A DNA stretch of 64,000 nucleotides. Source: Macrostomum hystrix. Taxonomy: Eukaryota > Animalia > Platyhelminthes. The DNA is taken from assembly GCA_950097015.1 (NCBI GenBank), contig CATNEN010000007.1:9486001-9550000 (forward strand). Reading direction: 5' to 3'. Shown one piece after another: positions 17,295-29,462 of the stretch (positions are counted from its first letter, which is position 1; each line of letters opens with the position of its first letter). The position numbers and the translations under genes were made by a program. The notes under the pieces were generated by a model, which worked only from the letters and a program-made list of their open reading frames with translations, made no database searches and was not told where the DNA came from.

Positions 17295-19349
17295 GGCAGC
17301 AATGGTTAGCTAACACTGGAACCAGGAGGTAACAGGAGTCTTGTAATTTAAAAGGATGTTAAAGACTACAAATTAGTATCATAAAATATTAATCCATGGT
17401 GCCATAATGGCCAAATAAGCATTATGCTATTTTGGCATAAATAGCATTAAAATAGTCATGCCATTTTTAATTTTGACATGTCATGTCATGAAAATGACAC
17501 ATAAAACCCAGGGCAATAAAACTGGCCATTGTTCTAACTGCAAATTTGTTTTATGCCAACAGTGAGGCTATCAGTACTTTACTAAGAAATTGTAAAAATA
17601 AATAAAACTTAATCCAAAGTCAAAGTGTAGAGTAATCATTTTTTAGAAAAATATTTTAAAGCTTAAAACTTTTAATTAAGAAATAAGCATTTCTAATTGG
17701 CAATCCAGTTTATTAAAAAAATATTTTTAAACTATTCTTTCAAATGTTTATCAAATCAAATTAAAACTCAAACAAATTTTATGGGGTTGACTATTATTTC
17801 CCTGATACTTATTTGTTAGTATTTATATGATACTTATGAGATTATTTGTGCAATTGATAACATGTGGATTTGACATGTGATAGAGCACTTGTAAATATGG
17901 AACATAGAACTATAGCTTGCCAGATGTATCTAGGCAAGAATTAGCTACTGTTAAACCACAAGCTCTAATTTATGTACCACAACAACCTGACAGTCCACAG
18001 AAACACAAACAGAAACACTATTGATACTTGTTACTTTGATAGGTCATAGTGTACACACCAAGGCCAAGTTCGGAGCTAATAATTGCTTCCTAAAATTAAA
18101 GCTGAAAATATTATTTAAAAACAAGCTGTAGCTTATATTGCCATATCATTGACCACAAGCCATTCATCATTGTCATCCAAACACATTGAACAACTTGTAG
18201 TTACTAGCTGAACAAAATTGAACTAAGCTCCTAGCCTTTGCATATATAGCCAGGACAAAACTATTTATTCACAACATCTATACTGTAAACTGTGAACCAA
18301 TCCAGAAAACATGAATAATGGTAGAATTTTTAATAAAATATAAACAGCTATTGCCTATTGCATGGTTCCAACAATTTTGCTGTCAATACACGTGTACTAT
18401 TTCACAGAAACTGATTAAAGTAGTTTAACTCTTTTAATTCGGCCGAAATAAAGATAACGCTAAACTTATCCAATATAACAAAAGAAAAACACCTATTTTG
18501 CCTAAATTCTCTGTAAAGCAAAATTTTAGTGGTAATATTATAGCATGTTTTTATCTATTAACGCATTTGTTATATACTGAGTCTAGTTAACAGGAGCTAT
18601 GGATACCATACTGTATGATTTTTTAAGTTAAAAGAATTGTGATTTTACGACAGTTGTGATTTTGGATCTCAAGTACCGAGGCGAGCAGATCGATTAGGGA
18701 TACTTTCCCGCTCGATTGTTTATTTGTACCATGTGTAGAACCATTTAGAATATTTATTACACATATTTCATTTTTCTGGAAATTTGATTGATTCTATCAT
18801 GAAATTATGAAGATAAAATTATAAGTAGCAGTTTAACTTATAAGCTAAGCTGTACATGAAAGTTATATTATTCAGATCGTAAACTGTGAATTTTTCTAAT
18901 ATTATTGCCTTACTGATTTTGAAGTTCTTATGATGTAGAAAAGTATTTTAGTACACCATAACCTTTAGCTGACATCCATATTGCTATCAAAAAGCTTTAA
19001 ATTGAATTCTATTTGTGCGCTGATCTTATCCTTTTTAGCATGACAGTATTAAAAGAAAATATTTCCATGGAAGTTTTCGTTAATATTTGCTACTTTTTTT
19101 TTTAATATTTTTCATATATCCAAACATCCGAACATTTTTTATCTGTAACATTTAATTAGCCTGTTTTCAACACTGAAAATTTGAATGCAAAATAGGACCT
19201 AAATTAGTTGTACGAGCGTATATAATGTTTACAACTTTCGACGTTAATATATTATTTGACAAGAAGTTACATGTGCATAGAACTAATGCTGATTTGTGGC
19301 TTGCACATTATTTTGTTTTTCACCACTCACTCACGTACCCTGTCGACCG

Positions 19350-21561
19350 ATGGGCACTTCAGCCATGTCCGAGGCGCACAGTCAGAAGAGCTCTTCTAAG
19401 CCCCAGACACCGGCGACCCGGGTGGACGAGAAGCAGGACCTGCTGCCGCGGGAGACGGATTTCACTGACAACAAGGCCTACCTACTGACGGCGAGCAGCA
19501 AGAGTGGAATCAACCTGTAAGCTATGCAATCCTTATGTAAAGTAAAAACAAATGATTCAGCCTGTCGAGTACGTTTCCCACCACGCTCCAATCTCCACTT
19601 CAGCTACGACCATCTGATCGTCTGTCTAAAGAAGATCCTAGAAGAGAAGCCCAAGGATGTCGTGGACATCTTTGAGGACATTAGCAAGGAGGGCAAGCGG
19701 GCAAGATTCGCCTCCCATGTGGACACGGTTCAGAACCAGTACGAGCGAACCACGGAGGTGGCCCGGGCTGAGATCCAGCGCAACCTTTTTGTGGTGAGTG
19801 GCGCATTTCTCATTTCCCCAAACTCAGCAAATGATCAAAGCCAGCTGAATCTCAATGCATTTCCATGCATATCAAACTGCAGCCAATCCAGGGCGACGAA
19901 GAGGAGGATGAGATGGAGTCGGCGCTGCCCAACCTTTGGCAGACCGCCTATCTATTCGAGCAGGGAGGCATCGGTGAGTCTGTGGTGCAGAATTTAAATC
20001 ATTGAGCAACAAACGATATTTGATACTTGAGCAGAGTTGACTTGAGCTAAAGCTGTGCTGCTTCTTCGCATCCTACAGGCTTGGACACCGAAGAGACCTA
20101 CCGCCTCTGGTTGGCACTGAAACAGTTGGAGAAGCAGCACAGTTTCGAGCAATTGCGCTTTTGGGGCAAGATCCTTGGCACCGAGGGCAGCTACTATGTT
20201 GCTGAGGGCGTCCTAAAATCCGAAGAGATCGACGCCATCGCCGAAGAGGAGGCAAAAGCGGCAGCGGCGTCCGGTGCTACCGCTGCGAATGACAAGCCTG
20301 CAGCTGATGCCGATGCCGGCGTTGCTGCTGAAGGCGAGGACGCCGCCGGAGCTGACGAGGAGCCACCGGAGGATCCGATCCCGAAGCCGGAGTTCAAGCC
20401 CACACCGGTGGTGCCACGCGAGGACGCCGGCACTGGAGCCAACAAGTTTGTGTACTTCGTCTGCTCTGAGCCCGGCCGGCCGTGGACCCGGCTGCCCAGC
20501 GTCACGCCCGCCCAGCTCCAGGTCGCCCGCCGGGTCAAGAAATTCTTCACCGGCCGCCTGGACGCCCTGGTGGTGACGTACCCACCGTTCCCCGGCAACG
20601 AGGCTAATTACCTGCGTGCCCAGATTGGCCGAATCTCCGCTGGAACCATCATCTCGCCGCAGGTAGGAATTTTCCACTTCCTAATCAGAATTGTCTGATT
20701 AGCAAAGTAGTTTTGGCTTTTTGCGATCCAACAAATCACAGTTAGTCGGCTATTGTCATCGGCGATTTCATTAACTAGCTTCATCAAAATCCCACTTAGG
20801 GCTTCTTCATGTTCGACGAAGAGGAGGAAGAGGATGAAGAGGGCGCCGGCCGGGACAAATTCATGGAGAATCCCGAGTTCGAGCCCATGTCGGTGCGCGA
20901 GCTTATCGACCCCAGCCTGGCCAGCTGGGTGCACCACGTGCAGCACCTGCTACCGCAGGGCCGCACCCGCTGGTGGAATCCGGCGCAGAAGCGCGACGAC
21001 GAGTCCGCCGAGGAAGAGGACGAGGAGGAGAAGGAGGAAATGGACGAGCCGCAGCCAGAGGAGGGCCCGCCGCTGCTGACGCCGCTGTCAGAGGACGCCG
21101 AGGTTGATGGTCAGCAGCCGTGGACGGCGCGGCTGTCCTCGCAGCTGCTGCCGCAGTTCTCCGTGGCCGTCCTGTCCTCGAATCTGTGGCCAGGCGCTCA
21201 CGCGGTGGCCTCTGGCAAGTGAGTGGCTGAGCTCTCCTTATTCACTTCGACCTCACCCATCAAACACATACGAAATGAGTAGAGAAAGCACAGACCTGCA
21301 GCTTGAGACAAACCTCGATCCCGCCGCAGGCTCTTTGAGAACGTCTACATCGGCTGGGGCCACAAGTACGCCACCGAGAACTACAGCCCGCCACCGCCAC
21401 CGCCGGTGCTGTTGGAGTTCCCAAGCGGGCCGGAGATCACCGAGACCGAGGACCCGACACCCGAGGAGGAGGCCGCTCTGAAGGCAGCCCTGGCCGAGGC
21501 CGAGGAGGGCGCCGAGGAGGGCGCTGGCGAGGAGGAAGAAGAAGAGGATGAGGATGACTAA
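19350..21561 (+). CDS. RSPH4A: Radial spoke head protein 4/6 homolog (6 exons, about 560 aa; start may instead be ATG 19365)
   Basis: Exons 19350-19516, 19604-19793, 19883-19973, 20079-20662, 20800-21218, 21330-21561. Motifs: [112 protein letters not shown]. Confidence 0.93.
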
Positions 21562-23371
21562 AGCAACATGAACTCTGTGCTTTACTCCGTGATAGGCATG
21601 CAAGCGCTGTCTATATTTGATGACATTCTGTTATTTTTCCTGTTGCGTAAATTTTTATGTTACAGTTTTGCTGATGCAGACCAAATAGTTTCAGGAGAGC
21701 TGTTGGGAAACTGCAACATTCAAAAGTGGAGCGTTCGTTTGACGTAGAATTTTATAAGTACGAGTATATTATCAACGAAACCAACAAAATCGTTTTGATG
21801 TCTCAGCAGCAGGTATTTTGATCTACCGATAAAGGAATTACATGGCTTGTGGCATATAAAAATAAAATAAAATGAAGCTTTCGATTTATTATAAATATTT
21901 ACATAGACAGCAAGAATTATTGGCTTAGTTCGCTACTCATGCAGTGCTACCGATTATACAGACAACTGTCTGCAGACCGCCGCGCGTGCATGCGCCCAAC
22001 TGAGAGATCTGCTGCACGGCAATGAGACGCTTGGCTTTCACGTCCTGCGACGGCCTCAGCTAGTCCGGCCTTTGTCCCGGTTTCGGAAATATATTATTGC
22101 TACGAGTTCTTGCTGCTCTAGAAGCAAGAACTGTTAAGAACTCCCTCTCCTTAACAGAAGAAAGACCACGGAGGACTGTGAAATACTTACATTTACATTT
22201 AAATTATTTTTAAATTACATTTAAATTACATTTAAATTATACAGAACATTTACATTGTTCTGTATCTCCTAAAATCTTCAACCAATCGCCATGAACATCC
22301 AGAACACGGGCTAATATTTTGCGCTCTATCCGATGAAACAATTTCCAGAATAAAAAATGTAAGAATAATAATAATATTCGCATCGCTCAGATATTCGAGG
22401 ATTCTCGTCGGAGTGTCCGATGGCAAAAACCACCAGAATAGGCATAATCTTCAGCTCATAAGACTTCATCATGGAACCATGTCGGCTCCACATACTATGT
22501 CAATCAGTCACCAGGGTCCCCTTCATCACCGTCTGAAACATCGGCGGCGACCGTCGCGACTTTGGTATCTCAAAGAAGGCTTCGTTGCCAAAGCTGAAAT
22601 AGAAATAGAAATAGGCAGTTTACTGTTACTGTTAAGGGAGTTCGATTGTTCCTACATAATTAAATTGTTTTGTCGCTTGAATCTAAATAGAAGCAGAATT
22701 AATCGAAGCAAATGTTCAACAAAATGTCTCACAATTCTATATTTGCTGGCGCAATTTGTACGTGGTGAGGTTTGTGCGCAATGTGTGTCTGGGGCCAGCA
22801 CAGCTAGCTTCACCTGCGATGGCTGCAGTCGATATTATTTATAGATGAAGCCAGATACTATAGTGACGAAAAGTTTCAGTGAAATGTTGCAGCCAGTAAG
22901 TGGCCCGCTAGCTTAACCGGTTCGCAGAAAGAACAACCAATTCTACAGAGAAAGCACTGAGATATACAGCGAAAGTGACGGAGTGAAGACAGCAAACCTC
23001 TCACGAAATACATGTAGAGAGAAAAATCTGATTGTTTATAGGCCTCAAAATGTCCGAAGTGAGCAAAATTTGACTATCAGTACGGGAAGGCAGGCCAGTA
23101 CTGCAGTTGGAACATTTATTGGTGACGGGTACACGACAAGCATCGTAGGTAGCTTATAGTCGCGCCCTGGGGTTATTTTCCTCGGACGAACGAGCGAAGT
23201 TCACAACATGATCAACGGAGAAAGACGAATATAAAATGGCGAACCATCCACAGCAGACAAGCAAAACCCGAAACGGATTCTGAGCCAATTTCCGGTTGAG
23301 AAAGTTGTGATAGGGAGAAAAAGCTTGAGTTCGCTCTGTAGGCAATTTATTTGCGAGTTCATCTTTGGCAG

Positions 23372-24097
23372 CACTCGGCCAGTGTGCGATGGGCTGGCTC
23401 CCTTACGGTGCTGCTGCTGCTTCTGAAGGCAGCCCACACCCAACCGTGTCCGAGCCCCTTCAGCACCTCCACCGGCTCGTGTTTGCGTGAAAGTCCCAGC
23501 TTGAACTATTCTTGGTGTGAGGCCAACTTGGATTGCGCGTCCCTTGGAGGCGAGCTGGTGAATCAGTACAGCATCATTAAGAGTCTGAGCTCAACCGAAG
23601 AAAGATGGATTGGCGTCACTGACTTGGCTGACGAGCGTAACACGTCAAGGTTGGGCTGGCAGCGCATCAACGATCACGGCCTTCTGCCGGTGGATGACAC
23701 TCTTTGGCGAATTGGTGAACCAAACTTGAAAAGTCTGGATTGTCTACGGCTGATAAAAAACAGCAGTCAAGGTCTGGCCAACATTGAGTGCTCAGCGAGC
23801 TACGGCTACATCTGCCAATTCATGCCGAGTCCGTCTGGTCTAGACAGGCGGTCGCTAACCTGGACGCAAGTCGCCTTCAAGCGGACGAGCTACAACCCGA
23901 GCTCACAGTACTGCCACAAGGACCTGCCCGGAATGCCGAACTCTTTTTGCTGCCTGGCCGCGGCCGGCCAAGATGGCAACTGCCGGCGCGCGCTGTACAA
24001 CCGGCGGCAGCAGCTGTGCCGCCTGCTGTTCACAGACGCCCAGGTGGAGTCGGCGATTGAGAACAACGAAGACTGGGTCAAGTTTAGTCTGGTTTGA
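23372..24097 (+). CDS. Secreted C-type lectin domain protein with a C-terminal PAN/Apple-like module; start unresolved
   Basis: Signal-like LTVLLLLLKAAHT, then CPSPF...SC, SWCEANLDCASLGGEL, WIGVTDL, WRIGEPN, DC, C...YGYICQ; C-terminal C...CC..A.....C....YN....LCRL. No in-frame ATG before the domain. Confidence 0.8.
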   Translation, partial: HSASVRWAGSLTVLLLLLKAAHTQPCPSPFSTSTGSCLRESPSLNYSWCEANLDCASLGGELVNQYSIIKSLSSTEERWIGVTDLADERNTSRLGWQRINDHGLLPVDDTLWRIGEPNLKSLDCLRLIKNSSQGLANIECSASYGYICQFMPSPSGLDRRSLTWTQVAFKRTSYNPSSQYCHKDLPGMPNSFCCLAAAGQDGNCRRALYNRRQQLCRLLFTDAQVESAIENNEDWVKFSLV

Positions 24098-24878
24098 AGT
24101 TGTTTACGAGCTTCAAAACGACTGTCGTATTGAATCGATCTCTCAGCTTACTGAGGTTTAAGCATTCAAAAGAAAAACTAGCTTTCAGAAAACAAAATTT
24201 GTATGCTGAGCTAATTGAAAAGAGGCCTTTAAAAGCAGTCCTGTAACAGAAATCAATTAGCGATATTTTCCGTTTAATTGGTTTTCGTGTCGACGCAAAA
24301 ATAATTCAGGAAGACGTTGGAATAAGAGAAAAGCGTACGATGAACGAGCCTCTGAAAGATTCAACGCTATGCGGAAAAGAGCCCTTAGAAGTTTTTTCGA
24401 ACTCAAGCTAAAGCTCCTTGAAGAGGTCAGGAGAGAATTTATTCAGAGAAGGGCAATGTTCCCCTCAACGCTGAGTAATGTCGGCCAAGACTGCAGTGAG
24501 TATAGACTTGCCAATGAGCAACTCCGTTTTTTTGAGCTCTTAGTGCGTCTTGCTTTCCAAGAAGAAATTTACTCAGTACTGTTTGTACTCGTACAAAATA
24601 AAATGCACTGGAAGGAGTTAAAAGCGCCGACCTATACAAGGGCAAAATTTGATAATAACAAGTCTTTTTTGCCCCTCTGATGAATAAAACAGGTCAGTAC
24701 ACGAAACTTGGATCTGCAAGACTAAAGCCAGTTTGCGAAAACTCCCGTTTTCATCACAAAAGCAGTAAAAGCTTTGGCAGCAGAAAGAGGCACAGGAAAT
24801 ATTGAAGCCCTGCGCGCATCGGCTCACATTTCTTGAGAACAGAGTCGAAGCAAAAACGTTTGCTTCGATTGACGATGA

Positions 24879-25186
24879 ACGATTGACGGCAACGCGATGC
24901 ATAACTTTTACTACACCGGCATCTGCTCCCACACGCAGTTCGCAGCATTCGAATGGTGGGAGGCCCAGCTGTTGCGCCCGTCTGTCATCTACAAGACAAT
25001 CTGCAACAGGCAGGAGCTGCCAGGGCGTCTCATGACCTTCCTGCTTCTGGTCGACTGCCTTGTCTGCAACGACGTGCGCCTGCCCGCGCCGATCTGTCTG
25101 GCACACGGATCAGGCTGGTGATGCGAAACCTGACGGCAGTCACCATCTGCGAGTTCGAAGCGTTCGGTTTCGCCTGGCCCTTCTAA
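24879..25186 (+). pseudogene. F-type lectin (fucolectin/FTP domain) fragment, frameshifted
   Basis: IDGNAMHNFYYTGICSHT...WWEAQL....IYKTICNRQELPGRL..F.LLVD...C, then a shifted frame gives SGTRIRLVMRNLTAVTICEFEAFG. This fits FTP motifs (IDGN, C.HT, WW, NR.D/E...RL, CEVEVFG). An in-frame stop at 24876 lies just upstream. Confidence 0.7.
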
Positions 25187-25749
25187 CTGATGTACTTTAA
25201 TGACATCCTATATACGAGTACCAAATCCTGTTGTAAATTCTGCAGGGCCTTGAGTTTCGTTAGGGTGTTTTTCAGTTTTTGGATGGTACAAAAAATCACA
25301 TTTTCTGCACAAGGTTAAAAAATTAATCGACCTGCTATGCTTCATGCGCACACTACAAAGTCGTCGCTGTTAATACTCTGTGTCTATTGTGTCTAACGAA
25401 ACCAAGTATGGGCGAATGGCAGCAAAAAAGCTTGCCTAACTCAATAACAGACATCCGTTCGCCATTTAGATTTTTATTTATTTATTTTACTGTGAAAAAG
25501 GCATGGAGGGTGATGCTACAAAACAATCGCTTTTGAGTGAGTCATCCGAATAAATAGATAGCGAGAACCAGGCGCTAGTTTACCCCAAGGATCTTAAATA
25601 TCTTACGACAAACAACATCCCCATGTCTGTATCTGTCTTGGATTTTATTTCCTGACCTGGAATCCTGCTTGAGCATTTCCAGGTTTGGCAGCATTTCTAA
25701 GCTACACGAAAAATATGTTTAGCGTCAGTGTTAGCGTCTGGCTTCCAAG

Positions 25750-26328
25750 TCATTCCTGCACCTGTAGCGCTGCGGAGGCAGCGGTCAGGCAGCCCATGCA
25801 GCAAAGGCAGCAGCAGTAGCCCAGAAAGTACAGGCACAGGGTGATCAGCCGGATGAGCACCAGAGCCTGGGCGAAGGTGTACAGCGGCTGCGGGCAAAAA
25901 TTTGCTGACTGACTGGCTGGCGTCGCAGCTTTGCCAGGGTCTGTGTTGAAGGACGGCGACGTGCCGAAGATCCACACCATGCCGCAGATGATCCAGATCA
26001 GCGTGAAAACGGACAGCAGGTTGGCCAACAGGCCCCAAGTGCCGCTAGAGCCGACCGCTGCCGTCTGCTGCAGCTGGTCGTCTGGCAAGAGCATCGCCTG
26101 CCGCCTCTCTTCAGCCTGCTGCTCAAGGCGCATCTGCCTCGACCGGACGCTGTTGACAGCCGACTTGACGATGCCCGTGACACCGATAACCAGCAGGTAG
26201 ATGGGGATCAGGTTCTGGGCCGGGCATTGGCCGATGTTCAAGGATCCCATCACGATCTCGGCAAGGCCCAGACCGAAGTCCAGCAGGGACAGCAGGCCCA
26301 GGCAGCATACTATTAACACGGAGCTCAT
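25750..26328 (-). CDS. TMEM272-like four-pass membrane protein (192 aa, single coding exon)
   Basis: IVMGSLNIGQCPAQNLIPIYLLVIG, LSVFTLIWIICGMVWIF, NFCPQPLYTFA and a Cys-rich tail match the TMEM272 family pattern; ATG at 26328. Confidence 0.75.
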   Translation of the reverse strand: MSSVLIVCCLGLLSLLDFGLGLAEIVMGSLNIGQCPAQNLIPIYLLVIGVTGIVKSAVNSVRSRQMRLEQQAEERRQAMLLPDDQLQQTAAVGSSGTWGLLANLLSVFTLIWIICGMVWIFGTSPSFNTDPGKAATPASQSANFCPQPLYTFAQALVLIRLITLCLYFLGYCCCLCCMGCLTAASAALQVQE

Positions 26329-27124
26329 CCCGATGAAGCCGGCTGTTAGTTTTGGCGCTGGCAGGTAAAACTTTGACAAAAGGGACAGTCAAAGAAGCTG
26401 CTGGAGTGCACTTTAGGCTTTGAAGCCCGCTTCACCAATCGCTAATACTAGTTTGAAGGTGACTTGCTCGCAGCGGCAAATCGCAGACCTTTCTTGGCTT
26501 CGCTTTGGAGGGAGAACAATGAGAACCCTCTATGACCCAAAATAAAATAAGCTGAGCAAGCGAAATGCTGCGTACACTCATTCCAAAACCAGCGACGCAG
26601 ATTTCAAGTGCTTTGCTAGCAGCATCAGTCAGATTAATGACGCCTTCTATAGCTCGTAGCCCTCTTGTATGTCCGGCTATTAGCGAATGGAAGAAGGTAC
26701 CAACTGCGGGACAGAATCGGCACCCTTTATAGCAATATTATATAGCTTATACGAGTATAATAAGCTATATTATAGAGTTGCTGAGTTCAGTGTTACGGTT
26801 CGTACGACAAACTGTTCGCAGATGGTTAAGTGCTGAGCATTGTACACTTATTCTAGCTCGTAATTGTTTTAGCTCGAATGTCACAGTTGGGTTTTGAATA
26901 GATGCACATGACGATTAGAAATGTACACACTGGTAATTTAAAATTATAATTTATAACACGCAGCCTCCGAGATTTACAAAAGGAAAGATGCAAGCATTCA
27001 ATGCTTTGCTGCGAAAAGCAAAAAAAACGGTGACTGGGAGACTCATTTCTATGCTGTGGTGATATGAGCACCTTTCGTGTTCAGCAGCAGCTGCCGCCCA
27101 TGACCCACGGTTTCTCTCTCTCTC

Positions 27125-27568
27125 GCCACGTCGACACGAATAAGAGAAGAAGAGAGGGAGAGGAGGGAGGGGAGTGGAGAGCCACGTCTACGACTCAGAC
27201 CTTGACTCGGCTGGCTTCACCATGCCAGGTTGAGCTGAGCAGGGGCTGCATGTATCGTGTTTCGCTTGGTCTCCCTCTCCCTCAACTCGTGCAGCAACAT
27301 GTGTTGCTTACTGCTTCTGTAGGAGTTTTTCGCAAAAAATAGTCCCCTTTGAAGGCAAATAAAAATGGTTGCAGCGCCTGGTCAAGCCCTTAGAAACGGT
27401 AGCCGCACTTGACTGGGTCTCTCCGAGCGCTGCCGTCTTAAATTTCTCGATCCCAAGCTAAAATTTAGTGCCGCACATTGAAGAGGGAGGGAGGAGGCGC
27501 CACGTGGCAGTGGCGCCGCAGATGCCGCGCGCGAGGTCCGCTGGCTACGTGGCCGAGTCAAACGTGGC
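27125..27568. promoter_or_regulatory. Cluster of five CCACGT/ACGTGG (UPRE/XBP1/CREB3-like) sites upstream of the ER cyclophilin
   Basis: GCCACGTC at 27125 and 27181, GCCACGTGGC at 27499, ACGTGGC at 27547 and 27562. Confidence 0.4.
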
Positions 27569-27686
27569 ACGCCCGATAGGAAAGGCATAAAAGAGAAGCT
27601 CTGCTGAGGCCTCAGAGCCACAATCCAGACAGGAACTTGAACTAACTGTTCAGCGTTACCAGTTCTACAGCCCCTCAGTCGCATCA

Positions 27687-28618
27687 ATGAAGCTGCAGCT
27701 GGCCCTGCCAACCATCTGCTGCGTCTGCCTGTGGGCGGTGTCGCTTGCCAACGCTCTGAATCCCAACTACACCGTCACCGAGGAGGTCTGGTTCGAGGTT
27801 CGCGTGAAGGACATGGACGGACCTGGGGAGGACTTCACTGGAAAGTGAGTGGACGAGGAACTAAGGGATAAAAGCAAATTTACAGCAGTATTAAATGTCT
27901 TGGTTGTATAAATTCGTCTGAGAGTAATCCCCAAGTTGCTGCCGCATTTCCACAGATTCACCGTGGCCGTGTTTGGAGAGGCCGCCCCGATGACCACCAT
28001 GAACTTCGTGTCGCTGGCCCGTGGCTACAAGTTCCGCGGCGAGAACCTGCACTATAAGAACACGCCTGTCCACCGGGTGGTGCCAGACTTTGTCGTCCAG
28101 ATGGGCGACATCACCACTGGCGACGGCACCGGCGGCACCAGCATCTACGGCCCGCGCTTCAACGACGAGCCCTTCATCCTGTCGCACCGGTCGCCCGGTT
28201 GGATCGCCATGGCCAACCACGGCCCGGACACAAACGGCTCCCAGTTCTACATCCTGCTGACCAAGGCCCGCTGGCTTGACAACAAGCACGTGGTGTTCGG
28301 CAAGGTCATCAAGGGATATGTAAGTAAAAACAATGAGCCAAGTGATCTTGCAGAAATTCTGTACAGGGCGTGGATTTTTCATCAGCTAGTTTGCTTCATT
28401 GGTACTAAAGTAGTTGATTTTTTTGTTTTAACCAATTTTCACAAATCTTCCAGGACGTGGTGAAGACAGTCGGTGAGGTACCATCTGACCCGGACACTGC
28501 CGTGCCGCGCAAGCGCATCATGATCGAGGACTGCGGCGTAGTCGGCATCAAGGACAAGTACGAGCTGAAGCCCAGCGAGCTGGACAGCACGGACGACATG
28601 AAGCGGGTGGAGCTGTGA
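27687..28618 (+). CDS. ER/secretory cyclophilin-type peptidyl-prolyl isomerase (PPIB-like, 228 aa)
   Basis: Exons 27687-27844, 27956-28319, 28454-28618. Signal peptide; VTEEVWF; HRVVPDFVVQMGD..GDGTGG.SIYG; MANHGPDTNGSQF; WLDNKHVVFGKV; C-terminus KRVEL. Confidence 0.92.
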
Positions 28619-29462
28619 GCGGCCATCAGTATGCATGACGAACTTGAAAATCAGTTTTCTAAGCCAGCCGATATGTATCGAATATACCCATTTTTATTCC
28701 GCTAGCCAAGAAGTGCTGAAAATGAGAAGCGACTTGCTATTCTGCAGGCTGTAGCGTGTGCATAAAAGTGCCAACTGAAGGTCCCTATGCCTTAAAATAT
28801 CTGTCCTCAGTCATAGTGACAAATCTCCTACATTCAATGCTTTTATCTAACATAACCGCCCAGAATATATTGTCATCACGCATAGAAAATCAAAGTAATA
28901 GAACTGATTATTAACAAATTTTTAAGTATTTCATTCGGTTACATTTTTACGGTTTTTAACTACTGACGTAAGAAATATTCAGCCGCAATAGACTGAGATT
29001 AGGACTAGCAATTGCTTTGAGTAAAATTAGCTGCTGGTGGTTAGTTTATTTGCGACTCGAAAAGCAGAAACCGTACAGGACGAAATAAATAAAATATGCA
29101 ATAGCGGAGTCACTGGTATGACCAATTCATTATTAACAATGCAAAAAGACTAGCAATATAAATATTGAGACGGAATAGCCAAACAATTGATTCAATACAA
29201 ATGAACTCGACGCAAACCCTGATTGGGGCATTGGTAGCCACGCGTTGTTTGGCAAGGATTTCTACAGGAAAAGAAAATCAATTCAGTTAACTGCAATATA
29301 TAACGTAGATGTCATAAAAGCAGAAGAAAAAGCAATAACTTTTATGTTTAACAAAGCATGCGACGGAGCTACGACTGAAACACGGATCAAAGTTTTAATA
29401 AAATATGAAGCAATAACGCGCAAGTCATAGAGGCAATAAAATAGATATACAGTTTGTTTGCC

